Shown here: piece after piece, positions 12,201-23,400 of the stretch | Layout: each line of letters starts with the position of its first letter | Position numbering within the stretch: position 1 is the stretch's first letter | Source: Haplodiscus bocki | Taxonomy: Eukaryota | DNA: 64,000 bases | NCBI GenBank assembly: GCA_965655095.1 | Contig: OZ296649.1 | Location: forward strand, 94,240,001-94,304,000 | Reading direction: 5' to 3' | Program-made: the position numbers and the translations under genes | Notes under the pieces: generated by a model | Database searches by the model: none | Seen by the model: only the letters and a program-made list of their open reading frames with translations | What the model was told of the DNA's origin: nothing

Positions 12201-14690
12201 GGGGAAAACTAATGGTCGACATGGTTTTCTTAGCTCAAACATTTATATATTTGGTAATCTGCCCACTGGTTTTGGATAGTTAACCACCTTTTTACTAGTC
12301 ACTCGTTGATCGATTGGACTTCCGTCAAGTTTCAGTGGTCCTCCGTTTTGGAGGTTGATCCTGCCGAAGGTTCTCGGCTGCAGGAAATTTTGTCCGAAAC
12401 GCCTAGTGAAGGAAAATGACAAGGGTTGTTTTTTCAGATGGCAATCAGTGAGTTTTTTTCAGCTAGTGCTTCCTCAATGGTCCAGTAGAGGTCTCTTACC
12501 CACGAAACAACAGTAGTTTGTCCGATTGGTATTTTGGCATTCGTAGTTTTAGGAAACTCTTTTCGGAGAACATTGAAATCAATGATTTTCTGGGTCTTCA
12601 GTTTTGAAAATGACGCCTTAAAGCTCCAAAAGCACACGGAAGCGGTTTTATTCAGCTTATTAGTTCACCCGTGGTTAGTTGAGGGAAGTTGGGTGTAATT
12701 TTCGATCATTTCTATTTCCTTAAAAGGCGAAAAATTTCCGCCGGTTAGACTTCAATCAGGAAAAATCATTGTAACGTAGATCAGATCTCAATTGCTTTAG
12801 CTATCAATAGTACCCTTGCCTTTTTGGCCTGCATCAAAAACTCTGTGAGTTCCAAAATAGTTGCAGAGTTTTTATTGAAGCAAAAAACTTTGGTTCATTT
12901 GTGTTGTTTAGGACAGACTGTTGTCGGATATACAAGTTTTAGTATTTAACTGATATTTCTCTGCTGCTCTTTACTCTTCTCCTTGTTGCCAATGGCAGCT
13001 TTTTCAGCGCTTGAACAAGTCAAACTCTAAGTGTTTCCTGCTTTAAACAGCTTTTTTTCCTCGAAGTTTTTATTGCACCTTTGTTCTTTTGAGGAATAGA
13101 GCCGACGGAGCAAAGAGACAGTAGCGACTAAACTTCGTTTTCCTCCAGTAAAATGGGCTTAGAAGTTTTTTGTTTCCTGGGGCTTTGAGTAGACGGAGCG
13201 AAGTAATGGTAGCAACGACTTGCCTTTTGTCCAGAAAGTGTGGTTTTGCATTTTGTTTTTTTTTAAATCATTTGATGACATCGTGAGCAATTTTGTTCAA
13301 CTGCCAAAATCTGATCTTAGGAGGAGTATCAGTACAAATTTTCAAAACACTTAGGTTTTAGACAAAGAAACAATTTTTGCTGGGAAGAACTGGCGAAAGT
13401 CAATGGTCAGCATGGAATTCTTAGCTGAAACCTTTTGAAAGTTGGTGATCTGCCCACTGCTTTCTTAAACTTAGGCGCCCCTTTACTAGCCATTCATTGG
13501 CCGCCGAGATTTTTGTCATGTCTAATTAGTTTTCAGGTTTTGCATTCGACTCTGCTGAAACTTTTCGGATGCCGAAAGAATTTTGCCAATAAGACTGGCG
13601 AGGGTTATTGACAATGATGTTTTTTATCTGATGGCATGTCGTACATTCTTTTGGTTTTTTTTCAACTCGTGCTTTTTGAATGGTTTAGTATAGCTGTCTA
13701 ACGCATGAAACAACAACACTTTGCACAATAGGTGTTTTGGCGACATTTTGAGTTTTCCTTGACTGATTTTTGCAGAATTTCTGTTCCGAGAACCTTGGAA
13801 ACTATGATTCTCCGTTTTTTTTTCAATTTCAAAAGGACGCGTGAGTGCTTCAAAAGCGCAAAATGTTGTTTTAATCAGCTCAACAATTCACTCTTGATTA
13901 GTTGAGGCGAGTTGTGATGGAGAGTTGATCCCTTCTCGTTCATTGCCAGGCGAAAAGCTCCGCCGGGTAGATTTCAATCCGCAAAAATTTCTGTAACGTA
14001 GATTGGATCTTGATTGACTTAGCTAACAAATTTACCATGGTTTTTTGGCCAGATCTCAAGTTCTGTGAGTTCCAAAGCATTTGCAGAGTTTTCAATGATG
14101 CAAAAAATTTTGATTAAACTCTGTTGTTAAGGACAGACTGTTGTAGCCTAAGCAAAGTTCTAGTATATGACTGTTTTTTTCGCTTCTCTTTAGTCATCGT
14201 ACTATTCTAAATAGCAAAGTTCTAACCAGAGATACAATTGAAACTCTAAGTGTTTTCAGCAAAAAAAAACATCTTTTTGGCTCGCAGAGGTTTGCTGGGT
14301 TTCTCATCACTTATGTTATCTTTTGATGATTTGAATTTGTGCCGACGGAGCAAAGCAACCGAAGCGTCTAAATTTCGTTTTGATCCACTATGGTATCCTC
14401 TAAATTTTTTGCTCTCTGGGGCTTTGAGTGGGCGGAACGAAGTGATGGCAGCAATGGAAATGCTGTTTTTCCAGAAGAGGTGGTTTTGCGTTGTTTTTTT
14501 CGTTTCTTTGGAACTATCTGTTGACATTGTCAGAAATGTTTCCTTAACTGCCGATATCTACAAAACTATGTTTCGGTTCAGCTTTCTCAGACACGTAGGC
14601 CTCAATCAAACGAACAATTTTTACAGGATTTTTCTGGCGACAATTAATGGTCGACATGGTTTACTTAGCTGAAACACTTTGAAATTTAAT
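4952..14690 (+). repeat. ~2,435-bp dimeric higher-order repeat (~1193 + ~1242 bp), about 4 copies
   Basis: Anchor spacings alternate 1193/1245/1191/1243/1197/1238/1191/1241. Chance ORFs repeat at 6954/9388/11823, 7186/9620/12055 and 7565/9999/12434. Confidence 0.93.
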
Positions 14691-17600
14691 CTGCCCACAG
14701 GTTTTAGAAACATAGTCATCTTTTTACTAGTCAGTCATTGATCGGTTGGACTTCCGTCAAGTTTGAGTAATCCTCCGCTTTTGAGGTTGACCCTGCCGAA
14801 GGTTCTCGGCTGTCGGATTTCTTCTCCGTCACGACTGGTGAAGGAAAATGACAAACGCTTTTTTTGATAGCAACTAGTAAGTTTTTTCAATTCGTGCTTC
14901 CAGAATGGTCCAGTAACGCGCAGTTACCCACGAAACAAGAGAATTTTGTCCAGTTGGTATTTTGCCAATTTTTTTGAGCTCTCCTTGGCTGAGTTTTAGC
15001 CAAACCTTTTCGGAGAACCTTGGAATCCTTGATTCTCCGAATTTTTCATTTTCGGAACTGACGCTTTAGAGGTCCAATGGCACATAAAAGCTGGTGTATT
15101 CAGGTCATTTGTTCACACGTGGTTACTACAGGGAAGTTGATATAAAACAATGATCTTTTCTATTTCTTTACAAGGCAAATATTTTCCTCCGGCTCGTTTT
15201 CTTTACGAAAAAGAACATTGTAACGTAGATTTGATCTCGATTGCTTTAGCTAACAGTAGTACCCTTAGATTTTTGGCTAGCATCACAAGTTCTGTGAGTT
15301 CCGGAACAGGTGCATAGTTCTTTTTGAACCCAAAAATATTCGGTTCATTTGCGTTGTTAAGGACGGACTGTTGTCGGTTGAAGAAAGTTTTAGTAATTGA
15401 CAGACTCTTTTTCGCTTCTTTTTACGCTTTAAACTATTCCAAACAGCAACTTTCTAACCAAAAAAAACTTGAAAATGTAAGTGTTTTCTGCACAACAAAT
15501 ATTTGTTTGGCTCAAGGAAGTTTGTTGGGTTTCTTAGCATTTATGTTCTTTTCTCTATTGAGCCGACGCAGCAAAGGAACCGTAACGACTAAATTTCGTT
15601 TCGCTCCAGTATAATAGTCTTTGATTTTTTTTAGGTTTCCGGTGATTTGATTAGACGGAACGAAGTAATGGTAGCAACGGAGTTGCTTTTTTGTCCAGAA
15701 AGCGTTGTTTCACGTTTTGTTTTGTTTTTGATTCTTGGAAACCTTTTCTTGACATGGTCAGAAGCGTTTCTTTAACTGCCTATATCAACAAACCTGAAAA
15801 AAGTATCGCTACAACTTTTCAACACACCTAAGATTTCGGCAAATGAACATTTTTCACCGGAAAAATCCAGCAATATTCAACGGTCAGCATGGTTTTGTTA
15901 GGTAAAATCTTTTGAAATCTGGTAATCTGCCCACTGCTTTCTTAATGTCAGGCGCCATTTTACTAATCACTCATTGGTCGACTAAACTTCTGTCATGTTC
16001 AACAGTCGTCAATTTTTGCAGTTTGTTCTGCGGAAAAGTTTTGATTGCCGAAAGAATTTCGCCTGTAAGACTGGCGAGGATTATTTGACAATAGATGTTT
16101 TTATTCTGATGGCATGTCGTACATTTTTTTTGTTTTTTTTCAACTCCTTCTTTTTGAATGGTTCAGTATAGCTGTCTAACGCATGAAACAACAAAACTTT
16201 GACCCGTAGGTGTTTTGGCAACTTTTTGATCTTTCCCTGACTGATTTTTATAGAAGTTTTGTTCCGAGAATCTTGGAAATTAGGATTTTTCGGTTTCATT
16301 GATTTCAAAAGGACGCTTGAAACTTTCAAAAGCGCATGAGAGTTGTTTTATTCAGCTCAATATTTCAGTCTCGATTAGTCGAGGCAATTTGTGATGCAAA
16401 GTTGATCTCTTCGCATTCTTTGCAGGTCGAATATTTTCAACCGGGTAGATTTCAATCCAAAAAAATTCTGTAACGTAGATTGGATCTCGATTGACTTAGC
16501 TGAGTAAATTACCATGGTGTTTTGGCGAGATCTCAAGTTCTAGGAGTTCCACAGCAGTTGCAGAGTTTTCATTGAAGCAAATAATTTTGATTCATCTCTG
16601 TTGCTAAGGACAGACTGTTGTGGCCTAAGGAAAGTTTCAAAAAATGACTGTTTTTTTTCGCTTTTTTGAAGTCTTCGTACTGTTCCAAATAGCAAATTTC
16701 TAATCAAAGAGACAAATGAAACTCTAAGTGTTTTCAGCAAAAAAAATTTATGACTCGAAGAACTTTGCTGGGTTTCTCATCACCTATGTTGTTTTTTGAT
16801 GATTTGGATTTGTGCCGACGGAGCAAAGCAACCGTAGCGTCTAACATTTTTTCATCCACTATGATGTCCTTTGAACTTTTTATTCTCTGGGGCTTTGAAT
16901 GGGAGGAACGAGGTGATGGTAGCAATGGAAATGCTGTTTTTCCAGAAAAGGTGGCTTTGCGTTGCTTTTTTTGGTTCTTTGGAACTATCTGTTGACATCG
17001 TCAGAAATGTTTCTTTAACTGCCGATATGTACAAGCCTATGATTCGGTTCAGCTTTTTCAGACACGTAGGCCTCAAGTAAACGAACAATTTTTACAAGAG
17101 TGTTCTGGCGACAATTAATGGTCGACATGGTTTACATAGCTGAAACAATTTGAAATTTGTTAATCTGCCCACTGGTTTCAGAAACTTAGTCACGTTTTCA
17201 CTAGGCACTCATTGCTCGATTGCACTTCCGTCAAGTTTGAGTATTCTTCCGTTTTTGAGGTTGACCCTGCCGAAGGTTCTCGGCTGCCGGAAAGTTTCTC
17301 CGTCTCGACTAGTGAAGGAAAAGCACAAACGCAATTTTTTGAAGGCAATTAGTAAGTTTTTGTCAGCTCGTGCTTCCAGAATGGTCCGGTGACGCGCAGT
17401 TACCCATGAAACAACAGAAGTTTGTCCAATTTGTTTTCTGACAAATTTTTGAGCTCTCCTTGGCTGACCTGTAGCGAATTCTTTTCGGAAAACCTTGGAA
17501 TCCTTTATTCTCCGACTTTTTCATTTCCTAAACTGACGCTTTAGAGCTCCAATGGCACATAAAAGCTGGTTTATTCAGGTCATTTGCTCACCAGTGGTTA

Positions 17601-20600
17601 CCACAGGGAAGTTGGTATAAAAAACAATGATCTCGTATATTTCTTTACAAGGCAAAATTTTTCCTCCGGCAACGTAGATTGGATCTCGATTGCTTTAGCT
17701 AACAGTAGTACCCATAGATTTTTGGCTTGCATCACAAGTTCTATGTGTTCCAAAACATGTGCATAGTTCTTTTTGAACCGAAAAAGATTCGGTTCACTTG
17801 CGTTGTTAAGGACGGACTGTTGTCGGTTGAAGAAAGCTTCAGTAAATGACTGACTCTTTTTTTGCTTCTTTTTACGCTTTAAACTTTTCCAAACAGCAAT
17901 TTTCTAACCAGATAAAAACAATAAAATGTAAGTGTTTTCTGCACAACAAGTCTTTGTTTGGCACAAGGAAGGTTATTGGGTTTCTAAACATTTATGTTCT
18001 TTTCTCTATTGAGCCGACGCAGCAGAGGAACCGTAGCGACTAAATTTCGTTTCGTTCCAATATAATAGTCTTTGATTTTTTTTTTAGCTTTCTGGTGATT
18101 TGAGTAGACGGAACGAAGTAAAGGTAACAACGGAGTTGTTTTTTGTCCAGTAAGGGTTGTTTCACGTTTTGATTTGTTTTGTTTTGTTCTGTTTTGTTTT
18201 GTTTTTGATTCTTGGAAACCATTTCTTGACATGGTCAGAGGCGTTTCTTTAACTGCTTATCTCAACCAGCCTGGCAGAAGTATCGCTACAACTTTTCAAT
18301 ACACCTAAGCTTCCGGCAAAGGAACAATTTTTACCAGAAAAATCCGGCAAATTTCAACGGTCAGCAGGGTTTTGTTAAGTAAAATCTTTTGAAATTTGTT
18401 AATCTGCCCACTGGTTTCAGAAACTTAGTCACGTTTTCACTAGGCACTCATTGCTCGATTGCACTTCCGTCAAGTTTGAGTATTCTTCCGTTTTTGAGGT
18501 TGACCCTGCCGAAGGTTCTCGGCTGCCGGAAAGTTTCTCCGTCTCGACTAGTGAAGGAAAAGGACAAAAGCAAGTTTTTGATGGCAATTAGTAAATTTTT
18601 GTCAGCTCGTGCTTCCAGAATGGTCCAGTAACGCCCACTTACCCACGAAACAACAAAATTTTGTCCAATTGGTCTTTTGGCAAATTTTTTGAGCTCTCCT
18701 TGGCTGAGTTTTAGCGAATTCTTTGCGGAGAACCTTGGAATCCATGATTATCCGATTTTTTCGTTTTCAAACTGACGCTTTAGAGCTCCAAGGGCACGTA
18801 AAAGCTGGTTTATTCAGGTCATTCGTTCACCCGTGTTTACTACAGGGAAGTCGCTAAAAAACAATGATGTCGTCTATTTCTTTACAAGGCAAAACTTTTC
18901 CTTCGGCTCATTTTCTTTACAAAAAAGAACATTGTAACGTTGATTGGATCTCGATTGCTGTAGCTAACAGTAGTACCCTCAGCATTTTGGCCTGCATCAC
19001 AAGTTCTCTGTGTTCCAAAACAGGCGCATAGTTCTTTCTGAAACAAAAAAGCTTCGGTTCATTTGCGTTGTTAAGGACGGACTGTTGTCGGTTGAAGAAA
19101 GTTTTAGTAATTGACTGACTCTTTTTTTGCTAATTTTTACGCTTTAAACTATTCCAAACAGCAACTTTCTAACCAGAAGAAACATAAAAGTGTAAGTGTT
19201 TTCTGCACAACAAGTATTTGTTTGGCTCAAAGAAGTTTGTTGGGTTTCTTAACATTTATGTTCTTTCCTCTATTGAGCCGATGCAGCAAAGTAACCGTAG
19301 CGACTAAATTTCGTTTCGTTCCAGTATAATAGTCTTTCTTTAACTTTCTGGTGATTTGAGTAGACGGAACGAAGTATTAGTAGCAACGGAGTTGCTTTTT
19401 TGTCCGGAAAGGGTTGTTTCACGTTTTCTTTTGTTTTGTTTTGTTTTTGACTCTAGGAGACCGTTTCTTGACATGGTCAGAAGCGTTTTTTTAACTGTCT
19501 ATATCAACCAGCCTAGGACAGGTACCGCTGCAACTTTTCAATACACCTAAGCTTCCGGTAAAGGAACAATTTTTACAGGAAGAAACCGGCAAAATTCAGC
19601 GATCAGCATGGTTTTGTTAAGTAAAAACTTCTGAAATCTGGTAATCTGCCCACTGCTTTCTTAATGTCAGACGCCATTTTACTAATAACTCATTGGTCGA
19701 CTAAACTTCTGTCATGTTCAACGGTCGTCAATTTTAGCAGTTCACTCTGCCGAAATGTTTTGATTGCCGAAAGAATTTCGCCTTTAAGACTGGCGAGGGT
19801 TATTGACAAATGATGTTCTTTATCTGATGGCATGTCGTACTTTTTTGTTTTTTTTTTCAACTCGTGCTTTTTGAAGGGTACAGTAGAGCTGTCTAACGCA
19901 AGAAACAACAAAACTTTGACCCATAGGTGTTTCGGCAACTTTTTGATCTTTCCTTGACTGATTTTCTTAGACTTTTCGTTCCGAGAACCGTGGAAACTAT
20001 GATTTTCCGGTTTTTTCAATTTCAAAAGGACGCTTGAGTGCTTCAAAAGCGCATAAAAGTTGTTTTATTTAGCTCAATACTTCGTTCTTGATTAGTCGAG
20101 GCAAGTTGTGATGAAAATTTGATCTCTTCTCATTCCTTGCAAGACAAAAAAGTTCCGCCGGGTAGATTTCAATCGGGGAAGGACATTGTAACGTAGATCA
20201 GATATCAATTGCTTTAGCTATCAATAGTACCCTTGCGTTTTTGGCTTGCATCAAAAATTCTGTGAGTTCCACAATAGTTGCAGAGTTTTTATTGAAGCAA
20301 AAAACTTTGGTTCATTTGTGTTGTTTAGGACGGACTGTTGTCGGATATACAGGTTTTAGTATTTAACTGATATATCTCTGCTGCTCTTTACTCTTCTCCC
20401 TGTTGCAAATAGCAGCTTTTTCAGCGCTAGAACAACTGAAACTCTAAGTGTTTCCTGCTTTAAACACCTTTTTTTTCCTCGAAGTTTTTATTGCACCTAT
20501 GTTTTTTTTGAGGAATAGAGCCGACGGAGCAAAACAACAGTAGCGACTAAACTTCGTTTCCCTCCAGTAAAATGGGCTCGGAAGTTTTTGGCTTTCTGGG

Positions 20601-23400
20601 GCTTTGAGTAGGCGGAACGAAGTAATGGTAGCAACGGACTTGCTTTATTGTCCAGAAAGTGTGTCTTTGCGTTTTGTTTTTTTTTAAATCATGTGATGAC
20701 ATCGTGAGCAGTTTTGTTCAACTGCCTAAATCTATGAGCTTAGGAGGAGTATCAGTACAAATTTTCAATACACTTAAGTTTTAGACAAAGAAACAATTTT
20801 TGCTGGGAAGAACTGGCGAAAGTCAATGGTCAGCATGGAATTCTTAGCTGAAACCTTTTGAAAGTTGGTGATCTGCCCACTGCTTTCTTATACTTAGGCG
20901 CGCCTTTACTAGCCATTCATTGGTCGACGAGATTTCTGTCATGTCCAATTAGTTGTCAGGTTTTGCATTCGATTCTGCCGAAACTTTTCGGTTGCCGAAA
21001 GAGTTTCGTCAATAAGACTGGCGAGAGTTATTGACAAATTATATTTTTTTATCTGATGGCATGTCGTATATTTCTCTGTTTTTTTCAACGAGTGCTTTTT
21101 GAAAGGTACAATTCAGCTGTCTAACGATTAAAACAACAAAATTTTGCCCAATGGGTGTTTTGGCGACTTTTTGAGCTTTCAGTGACTGATTTTTAAAGAA
21201 TTCCTGTTCCGAGAACCTTGGAAACAATGATTTTCCGGTTTTTTCAATTTCAAAAGGACGCTTGAGTGCTTCAGAAGCGCAAAAAGGTTGTTTTATTCAG
21301 CTCAACAATTCATTCTTGATTAGTCGAGGCAACTTGTGATGGAAAGTTGATCTCTTATCACTCTTTGCAAGGCGAAAATTTTCCACCGGAAAGATTTCAA
21401 TCCGAAAAAAAATTTTTAACGTAGATTGGATCTCGATTGACTTAGTTAACAAAAGTACCATGGTTTTTTGGCCAGATCTCAAGTTCTGTGAGTTCCAAAG
21501 CAGTTCCAGATTTTTCATTGAAGCAAAAAAATTGATTCATCTCTGTTGTTAAGGACAGACTGTTGTGGCATAAGGAACTTTTTAGTATAAGACTGTTTTT
21601 TTTGCTTCTTTTTAGTCTTCGTACTATTCCAAATAGCAAATTTATAACCAGAGAGACAGTTGAAACTCAAAGTGTTTTCAGCATAAAAAGACATTTTTTA
21701 TGGCTCGAAGAACTTTGCTGGGTTTCTCATCACCTATGTTATTTTTTGGTGATTAGGAATTGTGCCGACGGAGCAAAGCAACCGTAGCGTCTAAATTTTG
21801 TTCTGATCCACTATGGTTTTCTTTAAACTTTTTGCTCTCTGGGGCTTTGAGTGGGCGGAAAGAATTAATTGTAACCATGGAAATGCTGTTTTTCCAGAAT
21901 AGGTGGTTTTACGTTGTTTTTGTTGTTTCTTTGGAACTATCTGTTGACATCGTGAGAAACGTTTTTCCAACTGCCGATATCTACAGACCTATGTTTCGGT
22001 TCAGTTTTTTAGTCACATTGGCCTCGAAAAGACGAACAAATTTTACAGGAATATTCTGGCGACAATTAATGGTTGACATGGTTTACTTAGCTGAAACAAT
22101 TTGAAATTTGTAAATCTGCCCACTGGTTTTAGAAACTTAGTCACGTTTTTAATCGTCACTCATTGATCGATTGGACTTCCGTCAAGTTTGAGTATTCTTC
22201 CGTTTTTGAGGTTGACCCTGCCGAAGGTTCTCGGCTGCCGGAAAGTTTCTCCGTCTCGACTAGTGAAGGAAAAGCACAAACGCAATTTTTTGAAGGCAAT
22301 TAGTAAGTTTTTGTCAGCTCGTGCTTCCAGAATGGTCCGGTGACGCGCAGTTACCCATGAAACAACAGAAGTTTGTCCAATTTGTTTTCTGACAAATTTT
22401 TGAGCTCTCCTTGGCTGACCTGTAGCGAATTCTTTTCGGAAAACCTTGGAATCCTTTATTCTCCGACTTTTTCATTTCCTAAACTGACGCTTTAGAGCTC
22501 CAATGGCACATAAAAGCTGGTTTATTCAGGTCATTTGCTCACCAGTGGTTACCACAGGGAAGTTGGTATAAAAAACAATGATCTCGTATATTTCTTTACA
22601 AGGCAAAATTTTTCCTCCGGCAACGTAGATTGGATCTCGATTGCTTTAGCTAACAGTAGTACCCATAGATTTTTGGCTTGCATCACAAGTTCTATGTGTT
22701 CCAAAACATGTGCATAGTTCTTTTTGAACCGAAAAAGATTCGGTTCACTTGCGTTGTTAAGGACGGACTGTTGTCGGTTGAAGAAAGCTTCAGTAAATGA
22801 CTGACTCTTTTTTTGCTTCTTTTTACGCTTTAAACTTTTCCAAACAGCAATTTTCTAACCAGATAAAAACAATAAAATGTAAGTGTTTTCTGCACAACAA
22901 GTCTTTGTTTGGCACAAGGAAGGTTATTGGGTTTCTAAACATTTATGTTCTTTTCTCTATTGAGCCGACGCAGCAGAGGAACCGTAGCGACTAAATTTCG
23001 TTTCGTTCCAATATAATAGTCTTTGATTTTTTTTAGCTTTCTGGTGATTTGAGTAGACGGAACGAAGTAAAGGTAACAACGGAGTTGTTTTTTGTCCAGT
23101 AAGGGTTGTTTCACGTTTTGATTTGTTTTGCTTTTGATTCCAGGGAACCATTTCTTGACATGGTCAGAAGCGTTTCTTTAACTGCCTATATCATGCAGCC
23201 TGGGAGAAGTATCGCTACAACTTTTCAATACACCTAAATTTCTGGCAAAGGAACAATTTTACCGGAAAAAGCCGGCAAAATTCAACGGTCAGCATGGTTT
23301 TGTTAAGTAAAATCTTTTGAAATGTAGTACTCTATCCACTGCTTTCTTAATGTCAGGCTCCTTTTTACTAATCACACATTGGTCGGCTAAAATTCTGTCA
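14691..23400 (+). repeat. Mosaic monomer zone, including a near-identical monomer pair 4,951 bp apart
   Basis: Identical ORF translations occur at 17584/22535 and 17846/22797. Both copies share a private 28-bp deletion, at 17670/17671 and 22621/22622. Confidence 0.88.
18166..18206 (+). repeat. Imperfect (GTTTT)8 microsatellite inside a monomer
   Basis: Sequence is gtttt gattt gtttt gtttt gttct gtttt gtttt gttttt. Homologous sites at ~15714, ~19423 and ~23115 have 3-5 units. Confidence 0.85.

Larger units (their letters stand above)
1..23400 (+). repeat. Left homogenised macrosatellite array, ~19 head-to-tail monomers of ~1.12-1.25 kb
   Basis: The anchor CT(G/A)CCCAC(T/A)G recurs at about 190, 1413, 2608, 3729, 4952, 6145, 7390, 8581, 9824, 11021, 12259, 13450, 14691, 15927, 17165, 18404, 19646, 20873 and 22116, with a degenerate copy at 23332. 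Internal motifs are colinear (TTTACTAG, CTGCCGAA, AACGTAGAT, GGACTGTTGT). The array runs off the left edge. Confidence 0.97.
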
